From: Octopus vulgaris
Taxonomy: Eukaryota
Direction: 5' to 3'
Assembly: GCA_951406725.2 (NCBI GenBank)
Contig: OX597820.1
Location: forward strand, 76,198,001 to 76,262,000
Length of the DNA stretch: 64,000 bases
In this document: positions 27,067 through 41,881 of the stretch, piece after piece
Numbering within the stretch: position 1 is the stretch's first letter
Layout of the letters: every line of letters starts with the position of its first letter
Notes under the pieces: model-generated
Told to the model about the DNA's origin: nothing
Databases searched by the model: none
The model's input: only the letters and a program-made list of their open reading frames with translations
Translations under genes and position numbers: made by a program

Positions 27067-27475
27067 AATTAGCGGTATCGTTGATAATTTTTTCCGGACC
27101 TCAATGATGCCGGTGACATATATTAAAAGTCTCTTTATAGAACTATATTCATAAAAAATATAGAACTATATTATCATACTCAAATTTTAGAAATAAACAC
27201 TCATAAATTTTTCTTTTAAAAAAAATTTTCTTTTCTCGTCTCAGATATTACGGAATGTATTTATATGATGTAATTGCATTAATTAATACAGATGGCGTAT
27301 TTAAACTAATTACAAATTAGCGGTATCGTTGATAATTTCTTCCTTACCTCAATGATGCCGGTGACATATATTAAAAGTCCCCTTAAATAACCATAATCAT
27401 GAAAAAAGTATGGAACATAATAATCACTCTCAAATTGGAGAAACAATCGCTCATAACATTTTTCATTTAAAACTT
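27067..27475. repeat. Direct tandem duplication, period ~250 bp
   Basis: aattagcggtatcgttgataattt...ctcaatgatgccggtgacatatattaaaagtc occurs at ~27067 and ~27315. Confidence 0.8.
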
Positions 27476-27984
27476 CATTGCATGAGATTCATACCATGAA
27501 ATTCCCCGTGTTCAGCCTCGTCATTAATTAAAATATAGCTTGTTTTTAAAATAAAAAAGTTAATTATGCTCAAATCAAATTTTTTGCCCTGCCTATATAT
27601 GTTATCGTGGTATCTTACCTCACAACTTTTCTGATAAAATGTTTTGTTGCATGGGACCAAAACAACGAAATTCCTCATGCTTTCTTCTATCATTGAAGCT
27701 AAGATAAATATATTTTGCTTTTAAAATCTAAAAACTTATTTAGATCTAAACTTGATGGGAGGCATTGTTTACTCTCCTATAACGTTGCTCCAAATTTTGA
27801 TGCAAACTTTTTTCTAGTTGACGAAATCTCAATTTTTTAATGCCAAAATGTAGCTAGGGACCAGCCGTCTTCAAAAATGTTTTCAATATGGTTAAGAACT
27901 GAATTAGCGACAAACTGTGAAGACGCTACATGTGTGTAAATTACGGCCTCAAGAATGTTATTCAACTACTGCCGTAGTTGAATG

Positions 27985-28632
27985 AGGAGTGGCTGAGAGG
28001 TAAGTAGCTTGCTTACCAAAAGCATGATTCCGGGTTCAGTCTCACTGTGTGGCACCTTGGACAAGTGTCTTCTGCTATAGCCTCGGGCCAACCAAAACCT
28101 TGTGAGTGGATTTGGTAGACGGAAACTGAAAAAAGCCCGTTGTATATATATATATGTGTGTGTGTATGTGTGTTTGTGTGTTTTATGTGTGTGTGTGTTT
28201 GTCCACTCACCATCACCTGACAACCGATGGTGTGGTTATGTCCAAGTAACCTTGCGGTTCGGCAAAAAGAGACCGATAGAATAAGTACTAGGCTTACAAA
28301 GAATAAGTTCTGGAGTCGACGAAAGGTTGTACTCCAGCATGGTTAGGGCAGCGGACGCGCGGTTGTAGGATCGCGGTTTCGATTCCCAGACCGGGCGTTG
28401 TGAGTGTCTGTTCAGCGAAAACACCTAAAGCTCCACGAGGCTCCAGCAGGGGTTGGTGGCGATCCCTGCTGTACTCTTTCTCCATAACTTTCTCTCACTC
28501 TTTCTTCTATTAGCCTGCTCGTTTAGCCAGCGAGTTGGCGTCATTTGAAGGCTAAAACAATGCAAAGCGCATTGTGACCAGCGATGTGTAGCAACATCTG
28601 ATAGCCTGGTCGGTTACGGGGATCACGGTGAT
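27985..28632 (+). mobile_element. SINE family B followed by/interrupted by SINE family C (28340-28632)
   Basis: Family B head and tail, then ggttagggcagcggacgcgcggttgtaggatcgcggtttcgattcccagacc...gatcacggtgat. Confidence 0.8.
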
Positions 28633-28649
28633 ATATATATATATATATG

Positions 28650-29917
28650 CAGGGTGTCCCAAAAGATGTATACACACTTTAAATAACTGAATAATTGTAA
28701 AGCAGGTGTTTATTAAAATACATTTTAGTTTCAAAATTTAATAGAATATACAGACAATATTTTTTTGTTTTGTCAATGGCTGTTTTCAAACTGACGTCCG
28801 TTCTGGTCCAGGCATTTCTGACAACGCGAAGCAGTCGAATTGCAAATATCACGAAATAATTCGTATAGTATTTGTGTGCATTCTCGTTCAATGGCTGCTC
28901 TCAAATCAGCGATTGTTGCATATTTCATAGCGTAGACTTTGGCTTTCGGGTTTCCCCATAAAAAAAAGTCTAGTGGTGTGAGGTCTGATGAATGCAGAGG
29001 GTATTCAGCGAATCACCTTCGTTTAATCCATCTGTTTGATGAGATCTCATCAAGGAAGGATCTAACATCGCGATGGTATTGTGGGGGGTTCCATCTTGCT
29101 GAAAATAAAACTCTTCCCCTTCGAAGTCTTCTCTAATGTTTAGCATGACAGACTGTTGCAGCAAGTTCGAGTAAACGGGACCAGTCACTGTAGCATCAAA
29201 AACGAATGGTCCAATTAATTCTATTGATGATAAGCCACACCACACTGTAACTCCTAGTAAATTAACATGGTGTTCCATGGTAAATTAACATGCGAATTCT
29301 CAGGTCCTCAGTAAGTGCAATTGAGGCGGTTATTTGAACCATTTAATTTGAATGTGTCCTCATCCCTTCACATAATCTTTGTTGGAAAGTGTGCATCTTC
29401 TACACATCATGCCAAGTACCATTCGCAATATTGCAATCTTTCGGTCATTAATAGCATGGACTAATCTTCGAACGTAACTTTTCTATCGACAACGCTTCAA
29501 AATACGTTGGACAGACGATTTTGGAATACCTACCCCACGACTCGCTAGCCGCACAGATTTTCTTGGATTTTGGTGATACGTTTCCAGCACTTCTTGCTTC
29601 GTTGGGATTGTTAATGTTTGTGGTCTTCCGGAAACGCTTCTAGTGGACATTCTGAGCAGTTCTATCAGCTTCAAGCTTATCACTTATTCGAGTTATGGTG
29701 AGTCCCATTGGTGGATCTGTTTGAAACTCCGTCCTAAAGTGTCTTTGCACTTCAACTGCGTTTTCACACTTCCAGTAGCATTTTAGAATGAATTTCCTTT
29801 GTTCAAAGCTTAGCGTCTGACTGCCATCATTATTTCCAGTCGGTTTAATCTAGAATGAAAAAAACATGGATTGAATTATCAGATGCCAAAATGTGTGTAC
29901 ATTTTTTGGACACCCTG
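28650..29917 (-). mobile_element. Tc1/mariner-superfamily transposon, DD41D (rosa/Visitor) type, full length but decayed
   Basis: TIRs cagggtgtcccaaaagatgta / tacattttttggacaccctg followed by TA. Transposase relics: SGRP...[45 protein letters not shown]...[12 protein letters not shown]. After correcting one frameshift I count 41 residues between the 2nd and 3rd Asp. Confidence 0.85.
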
Positions 29918-29926
29918 TATATATAT

Positions 29927-29979
<53 letters not shown>

Positions 29980-30241
29980 GAGAGAGAGAGAGATTAGGAA
30001 GGACACACTGGATAATACTGAAGTGCTTCAGGTTGAAATATCAAAATATCCACCCCTAGTCCTAATGGCTACTAAAATAATTGGTATTCCGAAACTTTCT
30101 TGAATTTAATGGAATAGCCATATATACGACCAATTAATGCTAAAAACAACCAGCAATCACAATCACCACCACCACCACCACCACCACTACAACCACTACT
30201 ACACCTTCTGCTGCTGCTGCTACTACTACTACTACTACTAT

Positions 30242-30293
<52 letters not shown>

Positions 30294-30489
30294 GCTTCTG
30301 CTGCTGCTGCTACTACTACTATTATCGCCATAACACCACGAGCACAAATACTACAATTGCTAATACTGCTACTGCTGCTGCTGCTAAAAAAGTTTTAAAA
30401 GTAGTAGTAAAACTAGTTGTATTAATAGTGGTAATGAAAATAGTAGTAGTAGCACAGTGGTTGCAGTAAAAGGAATCGTCGTATTCGTA

Positions 30490-30591
<102 letters not shown>

Positions 30592-30818
30592 TCCTCCACA
30601 GCACCTCATCTGTGTGTGTGCGCATGCTCTGTTTTCCTCTTCTAATTAATAGGTTTGCAAAGAGTCTTTCCCCCCCCCCCCAATCTCTTTACGTCGTTCT
30701 TCGTTTCCATCTATGTTATTCATTTCTTGTTCAAGTAAATAAGATATGTCTATAATGAACCTTGTAGCCATATCTCTTTTCAGCAACCACTGCCAATAAT
30801 AACAACACCCATCTCCTT

Positions 30819-30850
<32 letters not shown>

Positions 30851-30956
30851 CTGCAACAACAACATCGGGAACAGCAAAAACCAACAACGGTGAATAAAAT
30901 ATTATTACTACCACCACTATCACCACTATAACCACCTATCTGCCTGTCTGTCTGTA

Positions 30957-31013
<57 letters not shown>

Positions 31014-31811
31014 GTCTGTTTGTATGTCTGTCTCTCACTCTCTCTGTATATATATATTTATATATATATATATATATATATACACCCAGTTTCATCCGAG
31101 ATGTCATCGACTTCCTGTCCCATCTCCATCATCCCAGCAACACTACCACCAGCATCCCCATAACCACCACCACTACCAGCACCATCACCACCACTATCAG
31201 AACCATCAATATGAAGTCAAATACCACCAACGCTATCTATGCTCCCATTGGTACCCGTTTCACCCTTTGCTCGTATCCGGAGACATCACACGTTTCTTCC
31301 AAACCCACATTCGACACTTGTCCCCTTTCCTTTACGAGTGAGACAACCCTATCAATTTACCCACGCATCCACCCACCTCTCATTTCATCTTGTGACCATA
31401 GGATCAACAAGAAGCATATTTCCGTTGGTCTGTTCTTTGTTACAAAGAAACTTCTCGAAAGTGTCTGGACAGCGTAAGTTTGAAATAGATTCTCAGCGAC
31501 GCCGTAATTTTATCCAACATATCATTAACATTTTCAAAAGGAAAAAAAATAAGAAGAAAGAAAATGGTGAGGGAGAAAAAAATAACGATAAGGAAAACTT
31601 CATCAAACAGGTGCAGGCACGGTTGTGTAGTTGGTTAAGAAGCGCCTTTCCGAACTGCTTGATTTCGGGTTCAGCTCTACAGCGCGTCTCCCTGGGCGAA
31701 TGCGTCCTACGATAGTCGTGGGTCGATCAACGCCTTGTGAATGGATCTAGGAGACAGAAGCTGTATGAAAACCTGTCATAGACACATACACACACACACA
31801 CGCACACATGC

Positions 31812-32713
31812 ACACACGTGGTATTTATCTCGTTTTTTAATTTATTTCTTTTATCTCTTGAAACTTGTTTCAGCTATTGGGCTGAAGTCATGCTGGGACA
31901 CCGCTTCGAAGTGTTTTAATCGAACAGATCGACCCAAGTCAGGTACTATGTCTATCATCCACTTTCACCGACGTTATAGGGATATAAGCAAACCAACACC
32001 GGTTGTCAAACGATATGGGGATATAGATACACATACGCAAAACACTCTATTATAAACGTAAATGAACATTAGTGCCCCAACATGGACGTAGCTCTCGAAC
32101 TGGGACTAGTAAGAAGAAAAGAAGTATTTACGACAGGCTTCCATATAGTTTCCGTTCACCAAATTTATTCACAAAGCATTGGTCGGCCTAGGATAGTGGT
32201 AGAAGACATTTGGCCAAAGTACCACACAGTACCACATGGCTGCAAATTGAACCTCTCCGCTTGGCCACACAGCCCTACCTGTGCTTGTTAGTCATTAAAA
32301 TCTCACATATTTTCCTTGAAGAAAACCTATTCAAAGATAGTGCCAGCGACATGTGTGTGTGTGTGTGTGTGCGTGTGCGTATGTGTAATAAGTGTATAAT
32401 GAGTGTGTATGAGAAGGCGCGTGGTCAAGTTATTAGGGGTGCTGGACTCATGATCGGAAGATTGTGAATTCGATACCCTGCGGCACGTTGTGCCTTTGAG
32501 CAAGCCACTTTATTTCACATAGCTCCAGATAACTCAGCTGGCAAAAATGAGTTGTACCTGTAATTCAATGGACCAGCCAGGTCCTATTTTGCGTCATGCT
32601 GAATATACTTGGGAACTACGTTAAGGGTAAGCTGTTCCGTTGTTTGGATCAACTGAAGCCCATATCATCGTAACTGACGGAAAAAAGGACATGCGTGTGT
32701 GGATGTGTGTGTA

Positions 32714-32781
<68 letters not shown>

Positions 32782-33820
32782 TGTGCACGTGTGTGCACGC
32801 GTATGCATGTCATGGTGTCTTTATATCCCCATAACTGGCAATTCGGTAAAAGAAACCGATGGAAGAAATTTAAAGTTTAGAATTAATTACTGATGTTGAT
32901 TTTTTTTATTTTTACTGAACCCTTCACTGCGGTGCCCCAGCCTGGCCGCAGTCCAAAGACTGAAACCAGTAAAAGATAAAAGATAAGATGTTATTAAAAT
33001 ATGAAACCCTCCCTCGCCCACCACCATTTTTCTCTTCCTTTTAATCACTGGCAGAAGTAACCGAAACCTTTTGGCAGCCAAGGAATGCGGAATGAAAAAT
33101 AGGATTTCTGTCAAAATAAATAAATAAATAAATAAATAAATAAATAGATAAATGAAATCAAGTGCAAACTATTTCCTTTTTCTATCAGGGAGAGTGAAAA
33201 AAAAAACGAGGAACTAACTCTTTGATTATTTCTGAAAAATAATGGATTTCCTTCCCCACCACTGCCGGCACCATCTTTCAATAGGTTTTCTTCAAGAAAA
33301 AAAAAGTATTAGTTTCCAATGACCAATAGGCATAGATATGGCTGTGTGGCTAAGCAGAGAGGTTCAATTTGCAGACATGTGGCTTCAAGTTCAATCCCAT
33401 TGTGCGGTACTTTGGCCAAGTGTATCTTGTACTGCAGTCGTAGACCAACAAATGCTTTGTGAGTAAATTTGGTGAACGGTCAGTATATAATAGACTGTCG
33501 TAAATACATTTTTTCTTCTTACTAGTTTCAGTTTGAGAGCTACGGCCATGCTGGGGCACTGACGTACATTTATGTTTATAATAGAGATTTGTATGTGTGT
33601 GTGTGTGTGTGTTTATCTCCTCATACCGTTTGACAACCGGTATTCGTTTGCTTACATCCCCATAACTTAACAGTTCGCTGAACGAAAATATTAGAAATAG
33701 TACCTGACTTGGGTCGATCTGTTCAATTAAGACACTTCGAAGCCGTGCCCCAGCATGAAACAAATACAATAAACGAAACGAGATAAATACCACAAAGCGT
33801 GTGATAAATACCACGTGTGT
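31812..33820. repeat. Diverged inverted duplication (~540-bp arms, 31812-32347 / 33264-33820)
   Basis: A composite SINE plus non-SINE flank (gaagaaaacctattcaaagatagtgccagc / gccggcaccatctttcaataggttttcttc) is present in both orientations. Confidence 0.8.
32415..32680 (+). mobile_element. tRNA-derived SINE (diverged)
   Basis: ggcgcgtggtcaagt..taggggtgctggactcatgatcggaagattgtgaattcgatacc (A/B-box-like), then gtgcctttgagcaagccactt. Confidence 0.65.
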
Positions 33821-33904
33821 TTGAGCGCGGGTGTGTGTGCGTCTGTGTGTGTGTGTGTGTGTGTGTGTGTTTAATCCCCATACTGTTTGATAACTGGTAT
33901 TAAC

Positions 33905-34343
33905 CGGCGAGCTGGCAGAAACGTTAGCATGCCGGGCGAAATGCTTTGCGGTATTTCGTCTGCCGTTACGTTGTGAGTTCAAATTCCGCCGAGGTCGACT
34001 TTACCTTTCATCCTTTCGGGGTCGATAAATTAAGTACCAGTTACGCACTGGGGTCGATGTAATCGACTTAATACCTATGTCTGTCCTTGTTTGTCCCCTC
34101 TATGTTTAGCCCTTTGTGGGTAATAAAGAAATAGGTATTAATCTAGTCTTTTACTCTTTTACTTGTTTCAATCATTTGACTGCGGCCATTCTGGAGTACC
34201 GCCTTTAGTCGAGCAAATCGACATCAGGACTTATTCTTTGTAAGCCTTTGCCGAACAGCTAAGTTACGAGGACGTAAACACACCAGCATCGGTTGTCAAG
34301 CGATGTTGAGGGAACAAACACAAACATACAAACATATACACAA

Positions 34344-34416
<73 letters not shown>

Positions 34417-34580
34417 TACGACGTGCTTCTTTCAGTTTCCGTCTACCAAATCCACTCACAATTCTTTGGTCGGCCTGATGCTACAGTAGAATACACTTGC
34501 CCAAGGTGTCACGCAGTGGGACTGAACCCGGAACCATGTGGTTGGTAAGCAAGCTACTTAACACACAGCCACTCCTGCGC
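33905..34580. mobile_element. SINE family A (+, 33905-34135) and SINE family B (-, 34150-34580)
   Basis: Matches to both family consensus patterns in the window. Confidence 0.85.
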
Positions 34581-36597
34581 TTGTGTTTGCTTACATCCCC
34601 ATAACTTAATAATTCGGTGAAAGAAAATGATAGAACTAGTACCTGACTTGGGTCGATCTATTCGATTAAGACACTTCGAAGTAGAGCCCCAGCATGGCCG
34701 CTGTCCAATGGCTGAAGCAAACACAAGCGATGGAAGAAATAAACGAAACCAGATAAATACCACAAAGTTCACTGATATTTAATCAAATGTCGTTTATTTC
34801 CTTTTTACTTTAAATATGTCTTTTAAGCTGCCAAACTTTATACTTTACGTGAATACTTCATTGTCAGGCTTTCTTGTTAAAAAGTGGAAGGTGTTAAAGT
34901 TTTTATTAGAGTATGCCACAAAAGTCATGAAACTTAGTTATATAGTTTGCATGATGTCACTGATTCGGCAGGGAGCTTGGTGACAGAACGGTAAACTTAT
35001 ATTGCTTTCTTATCACTTTAAGTTGTGTATATTTTATCGTTTTAGATTGACATCTCTGCGTGAAGTCTTTTAAGTTAAAGAAACCTTCTTTTCATACTTT
35101 GTAAAGGAACCGATTCAAAATTCATAGCTTCCAGATGTTGGGGGTACAGGGTGAATGGAAGTCTACCCTAATGGTGCAACTGTACTGTAAACTGTGCAAT
35201 AATTTATCTTCAGTAACGCTTATATATTTTCTGTTTTTCTTTCTCTCTATAGCTTAAATGATATGCTTTAAATAGAACAGACGTTGTGTGACAGAATAAT
35301 TAAGAATGAACTGACTGTAATCTTAGATGGAACGGATACAGAATTTACATAATTCTTTTCTCAAGTTCAAGATACTTTGACTTGCTCTTAACAATAGTTG
35401 TTGATATAACAAAATATCCATGTCGGGTGTCCTAGTTTCAAACTGGATCTTCGGCAGTAAATATTCTTTTCTACTCTAGGCACAAAGCTCGAAATTTTGG
35501 AAGGATGGGTCCAGTCAATTCGATTGACTTCAGTACGCAACTGGTACTTAATTTATATATAAGGATGAAAAGCAAAGTTGATCCCGGTGGAATTTGAACT
35601 CAGAACGTAAAGACAGACAAAATAATTCGGTAAAAGTATTCTTTTCTGCTCCAGACACAATGCCCGACATTTTTGGGGAGGTGGTCAGGATCCCAGTACG
35701 CAACTGTTAATTAATTTATCGACCCTGAAAGGATGAAAGGCAAAATCGATTACGGCGGAGTTTGAACTCAGAACGTAAAGGAGTGAAAGAAACGACGCTA
35801 AGAATTCTCTCTGGCTTGCTAATCACTCTGCCAGCTCACCACCTTTATAAAATTGGCAGAGTATACCATTGGACAAATTTCTTGTGGTTTCATTTCGACA
35901 ATTTGAGTCTTGAGTTCAAAAAATGCTAATGTACCATTTAATTAATAAAATAAAGGAACAAACCATTTAAGAGCTGTAATCGATTTCACTCGATATTTTT
36001 CAGCTGAGGTCAACCTCTTTAATACCAGTAAATAAAAGTCTGTCAAGAGGTACAAAGCATTGTTAAAAGCGGAAGCTTGCTCTAGCGACAGCAAACTTTT
36101 GCTCTTGAAACTATGCTGAGAATCTAAAGAATCGATTCACAAGCATAACCGTTCTATGTCGCAGCACTGGAGGGAGGGATGAATAATGAATGAATAATAA
36201 ACTGGTTCTCCGTCGGTTACGACAACGAGGGTTCCAGTTGAACCGATCATTAGAATAACCTGCTCAGGAAATTATCGTGCAAGTGGCTGAGTACTCCACA
36301 TACATGCGTGCCCTTAATGTAGTCTCAGAATGTGACAAGTCTGCTCCCATTTGAATTACAGGTACAACTCATTTTTGTCATCTGGGTGGACTGGAGCAAC
36401 GAGAAATAACATTTCTTGCTCAAGGACAAAACTTACAGTCATGTATCGAACTCACGAACTTGAATCGAATACCCTAACCACTTGGCCAAGCCCCTTCACA
36501 ATGAATGAATACTATATTGTTATCGAATACTTTCTAGTCACTTTCTCTCTGTAAGGATTTTCTTGAGCCCTAGGACTCATAAGCCCAGTTACCCTGA

Positions 36598-36646
<49 letters not shown>

Positions 36647-36660
36647 ACTCTCTCTCTCTC

Positions 36661-36692
<32 letters not shown>

Positions 36693-37254
36693 CCCAGTTT
36701 CATTCGAAATGACATCGACTTCCTGTCCCATCTCCGTCTTCCCACTAACACTACCACCACTATCACCATAACAACCACCACCACCATCACCCCTACCATC
36801 ACCTCTATCAACACCACCACCACCATCAGAATACCACCTTCATCCCACCTCATCTTCTCCGCGACCGCGACCACGACCACGAACGCCACTACCACCACTG
36901 TCACCACCATGATCAGGACCATCAATATGAAGTCAAATACCACCAACGCTATCTACACTCCCAATGGTACCCGTTTCACCCTTTGCTCGTTACCCAGTTT
37001 CTATGACTTAAACAAGATACCAACATTCCAACTGAACGGATGCCGTTCTGGTACGGGTTCAAGACCAGCGATCTTGAGATGAGGGATCAAGTCGATCATT
37101 CCGACCCCAGTAATGGACCACGAAGGAATGAAAATCAAAATCGATCGCGGTGAGTTCTGATCTTAGAATATAAAGAGTCAGAAGAAATGAAAGACGCGTC
37201 CATCTTTCAAACAATCTCACTTTCCTGTGTATATGTAGAGACTCAAAGCTAATA

Positions 37255-37490
37255 CCACTTTCTTTACTACCCACAAGGGGCTAAACACAGAGAGGACAAA
37301 CAAGGACAGACAAACGGATTAAGTCGATTATATCGACCCCAGTGCGTAACTGGTACTTATTTAATCGACCCCGAAAGGATGAAAGGCAAAGTCGACATCG
37401 GCGTAATTTGAACTCAGAACGGAACGACAGACGAAATACCGCTCAGCAATTTTCCCGGCGTGCTAACGTTTCTGCCAGCTCGCCGCCTTA
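37255..37490 (-). mobile_element. SINE family A, full length
   Basis: Reverse complement of ggcggcgagctggcagaaacgttagcacgccggg...agccccttgtgggtagtaaaga. Confidence 0.85.
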
Positions 37491-38652
37491 AAGCTAATGC
37501 CACCTGGCTTGAACATAATGACACCAGTTCGTCTTTCAAACCATCTACCTTTCGGATGAAATGCTGTTGAACATTTAGTTCGATGCACCTATGATTCTGC
37601 CTGCTCAGTAAAACGCTGCAATGGGTAAGTTTAAACATGTCAATAATTTTACAGTAATTCAATCCCACTCGGTCCTCGATATTGTATTTTAGTCATTTTA
37701 TGGTCTCATGTCAAGAAGACTGACACTGCTATGGATCATTCCAGGACACCAAATCTGTTTGGAGGGAGTAATCCGGAATACATATTTACTTTTGAATGGG
37801 ACCCATGATTTGTAATTTTAGAGAGTGGGATTTATCGAGTGTATAAACATTAGAACTTCACGAGTACTTTAGTTTATCGTCCCTGAAGAAATGATGGGTT
37901 CTGAACTCAGAAAATGAATAGCCGGAAGAAATGCTACTACACAGATTGTCCGACGTGCAAACGCGTCTGCCACCTCGCAGCCCTCTCTCTATCAATAACA
38001 CATTCTTATTCTTTTTTTTGCGTTTCTTTAGCTTTCGGATAAACTTAAAGATTTATATTCAAATGACAAGATATTATGATTCTTTTGTGATCGAGAAGGA
38101 ACAAGCATGTGAAGTAAATGGAAAATACCCAAAGAAAAGAAAGAAATATGAAAACACGCTTCTATGACAATTTTGACATGTACTGGCAGAATATTCTTCA
38201 GAACAAAATACACTTATCCCAATATTTCTCTCCGCACCTCCCCTGCACTGCCATTTAATTGTATATTGTGCATTATTTATACCATACTGGACTATATGTA
38301 TGTCTGAAAGAAATTGCAAAGGGGACATACATACATACATACATACATACACACATACATACATACATACATACATACATACATACATACATACATACAT
38401 ACAAGCATACATACGTGTATGCATGCATATTGACAAGATGCCAAATGTGGTTGCGAACCCGCAGATCACGTATGCCAATCGAATTCTTAACACACTGGCC
38501 ATTCTGTGCATGTTTATATGCATGTATGCATATAAGTATACACATACACACGTACGCGGTCACACACTCCCACACACACATACAGTGAGAGATAGACGTA
38601 TTTGTTATACATATGCAGTACAAATCCACACACACACAAGTACACAAGTATA

Positions 38653-38727
<75 letters not shown>

Positions 38728-38868
38728 ATATCTTCCTTCTTTCATTCCTTTCTTGAACAGCCAATAACACTATACTTGTTCCACGTTCTCGCATTGTTGT
38801 GTTTTCTTCTAGTGTTTTCATGTTTAGATTAACTTTATATATATATATACATATATACAGACACACAA

Positions 38869-38981
<113 letters not shown>

Positions 38982-39081
38982 ATTATAAATACTTATCTAT
39001 ATATTAAATGTATATATTTACATATATACATGCATATATCTATTTATTATATGTATAATATTTATGATATATATATATATA

Positions 39082-39175
<94 letters not shown>

Positions 39176-40921
39176 AAGACAGAGAGAGAGGGAGAGAAAC
39201 AGACAGAGAGAGAGAGACAGAGAGAGATTGGTAGATAGGCAGATATAGTTATATTGATGAACGTACATGTGTATGTGCATTTGCATATATATATATATAT
39301 ACATACATACATACATGCATACATACATGCATATATTTAATGCACTATGTAAATTCTACACGAATACATGTATGTATACATACACACAGTATATATATAG
39401 ATTACATAAAAACAGCATGTAAAAACAGGCATTCAACACAATAGATAACAATAATTTCTCCGATATTTTATTGTTATTATCCTACGAATATTTTTTTTTC
39501 TAACAACGCCTGCCAAATTTTCGCTCTTTTCTTTATTTCTTCAGAGAATACGTAACAAATTCTAAAAATTGTAAAATTCATGTTTTCATTTCTTTTGTTA
39601 TTTACCATTCTTATATTGTCCGAACATACAAAAGCATGTATATATATATATATATATGTATACATATATATATATATATAGATATATGTGTATATATGTA
39701 TTTATATATAAAATTGTGTGTGGGAACTTGTGTGTGGGTTGTATGTATATATCCCTATTAGTTTAATCATCTTTTTTCTATATTTTATATTTATATTATT
39801 TATCTGTTTATTATGTATTTGTTAGGTTTTTATCGTTTTCACTTATTTCGATAAGAATGAGGAATGATATCATGGAGAGATATTTACATTAATTATTGAT
39901 AGACGCCATATCTTTTTATGAACAAAGGAAAGATAAATATATATAAAAATTGATATACTTCTCCCTACACATCATTATATACATATAAAAATGTATATAT
40001 ATATATAAGCATATATATATGTGCATATATACATGTTTGCATATATATGCAATGCGTATATATTATGCATATATATATATATATATATATGTATCTATGT
40101 ATGTATGCATGTATGTGTATAGGTATATTAAATATGTGTATGTGTGTCTATATGTAAATATATGTATGTATATATGTATATATATGTATGTATGTATGTG
40201 TGTATGTGTGTATATATATATATCTGTATGTATGTATATTTGTATGTATATAAAATAGTTTGAACAAAAGACAGCAGACAAAAGAATGATGACAATATAG
40301 AAAATGGTTGCGCTCCGTCACCTGAACAAGTAAGTTACAGATGGCTGTGTTAGAGGACTAAAGATCTATTTAATGTTCCTGTCATTAAAACGACGCTCTT
40401 TCATTAAAGGTGAAGACTGGCCTATCGTGAGGTAATTTTAATAGTTGAGGTTTGACAGCAGCATAGGGGCAAATATTTTCGACAGCTAAAACGTGACGGC
40501 ACCGATACAATAAAAGACATCGTGTACATTTTACACGCAATCACACACACGCACAGTTACATGCATAAAGGCAAATCCACAGATATACTTAACCACGTGA
40601 GAATTATCATAATATGTGCGTGCACACTCACACAAGCACTAACAATACCAAAGAAACTTCCGTTACCTCCACCGTCACCGCTACAACCATCACCACCATC
40701 AGCGACAAAAACACTTCCAGAATTGTCGCAAAAGCTATTAAAGGAAACGGCAATAAGAACGTCAACGAAGTCATCATCACAGCCAAAAGACAGGCACTGA
40801 ATTCAAATTTGAAGCAATAATTTTGTGATGATAATAATAATGATTTTGTTTATTGGCCACAAGGACCAAAGACATGGAGGATAATTTCGAAGGACGAGTT
40901 ACGGCACACAATAATATGATG

Positions 40922-40988
<67 letters not shown>

Positions 40989-40989
40989 C

Positions 40990-41054
<65 letters not shown>

Positions 41055-41057
41055 TAG

Positions 41058-41240
41058 TACGTGGAACAAATAGGGACTACTCTAAGGGTGGAGCACATGC
41101 AGAAAACAGCACTGCTTGGAACCGCTCGAATACTCAAGAAGGTATTCGAAAAATAAGAGGTGTTACCTTAGTTCACTGGTAGTGAACAGCTGTCTCTATA
41201 GTACATCTCCGGGGTTAGAAGCTGTGCAAACGTCATGAAT
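41058..41240 (+). mobile_element. R4/Dong-type LINE extreme 3' fragment between (TAA)n tracts
   Basis: YVEQIGTTLRVEHMQKTALLGTARILKKVFEK*, then a 3' UTR homologous to 57300-57377, then (AAT)n. Confidence 0.85.
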
Positions 41241-41303
41241 AATAGTAATAATAATAATAATAATGACAATAATAATAATAATAATAATAATAGTAATAAT
41301 AAT

Positions 41304-41866
41304 ACCGATGCAGTACCAGGCAGTGGCTCTCATGGCTTCTGATCTTAACTGATTGGAAGTGTTATCATGTACATTGTTTTGTCTTGGTATAAAAGATGGG
41401 CTACAACAAATATTCTGCTCAATACCACAGATTTGCTTGTCAGTTGTTTGACCTTAACCAGTTGAGCATGTCCCTTAATGGCTGACGATATGTGCATCTC
41501 TGATCACGAGCAGAAGTAGTGGGGGAGCATCATAGCCATGTGCTGAGAAGGATTCTTTGGGGTTTGAATAATTCACCTCTGGAAACATGGGTGTTTCGTT
41601 CAACGTCCTTAAACAACCCTTATTCAGGGACCTTTTGAGCGCGATGGGTTACTCGATCTGAAGAAAATTCTAACTGGGCTCCCCCTGCAAGGTCATGTGC
41701 TGTTTATCTTGATATGAGATCACCATGTCGCGCACATATGGTTGTGATGCATGTGCCTGGTGTACCCTTATCAGACGGGTAGTCATGATGGGTATACTGG
41801 GCTTCATATATTTTACCCCAGTGTCACTTTGATGGCATGCTCTGCTCGCTCACTCAATAATAACAA
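41304..41866. mobile_element. Unclassified non-coding interspersed repeat flanked by (TAA)n
   Basis: A partial second copy lies at 42152-42420. Both end in ctc.ctcactc-(AAT)n, and the same end recurs at ~55868-55885. Confidence 0.65.
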
Positions 41867-41881
41867 TAATAATAATAATAA

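Noticed and set aside
40258-40335. Strong donor CAA|GTAAGT after a short open frame
   Set aside because: No polypyrimidine acceptor upstream and no recognisable homology.
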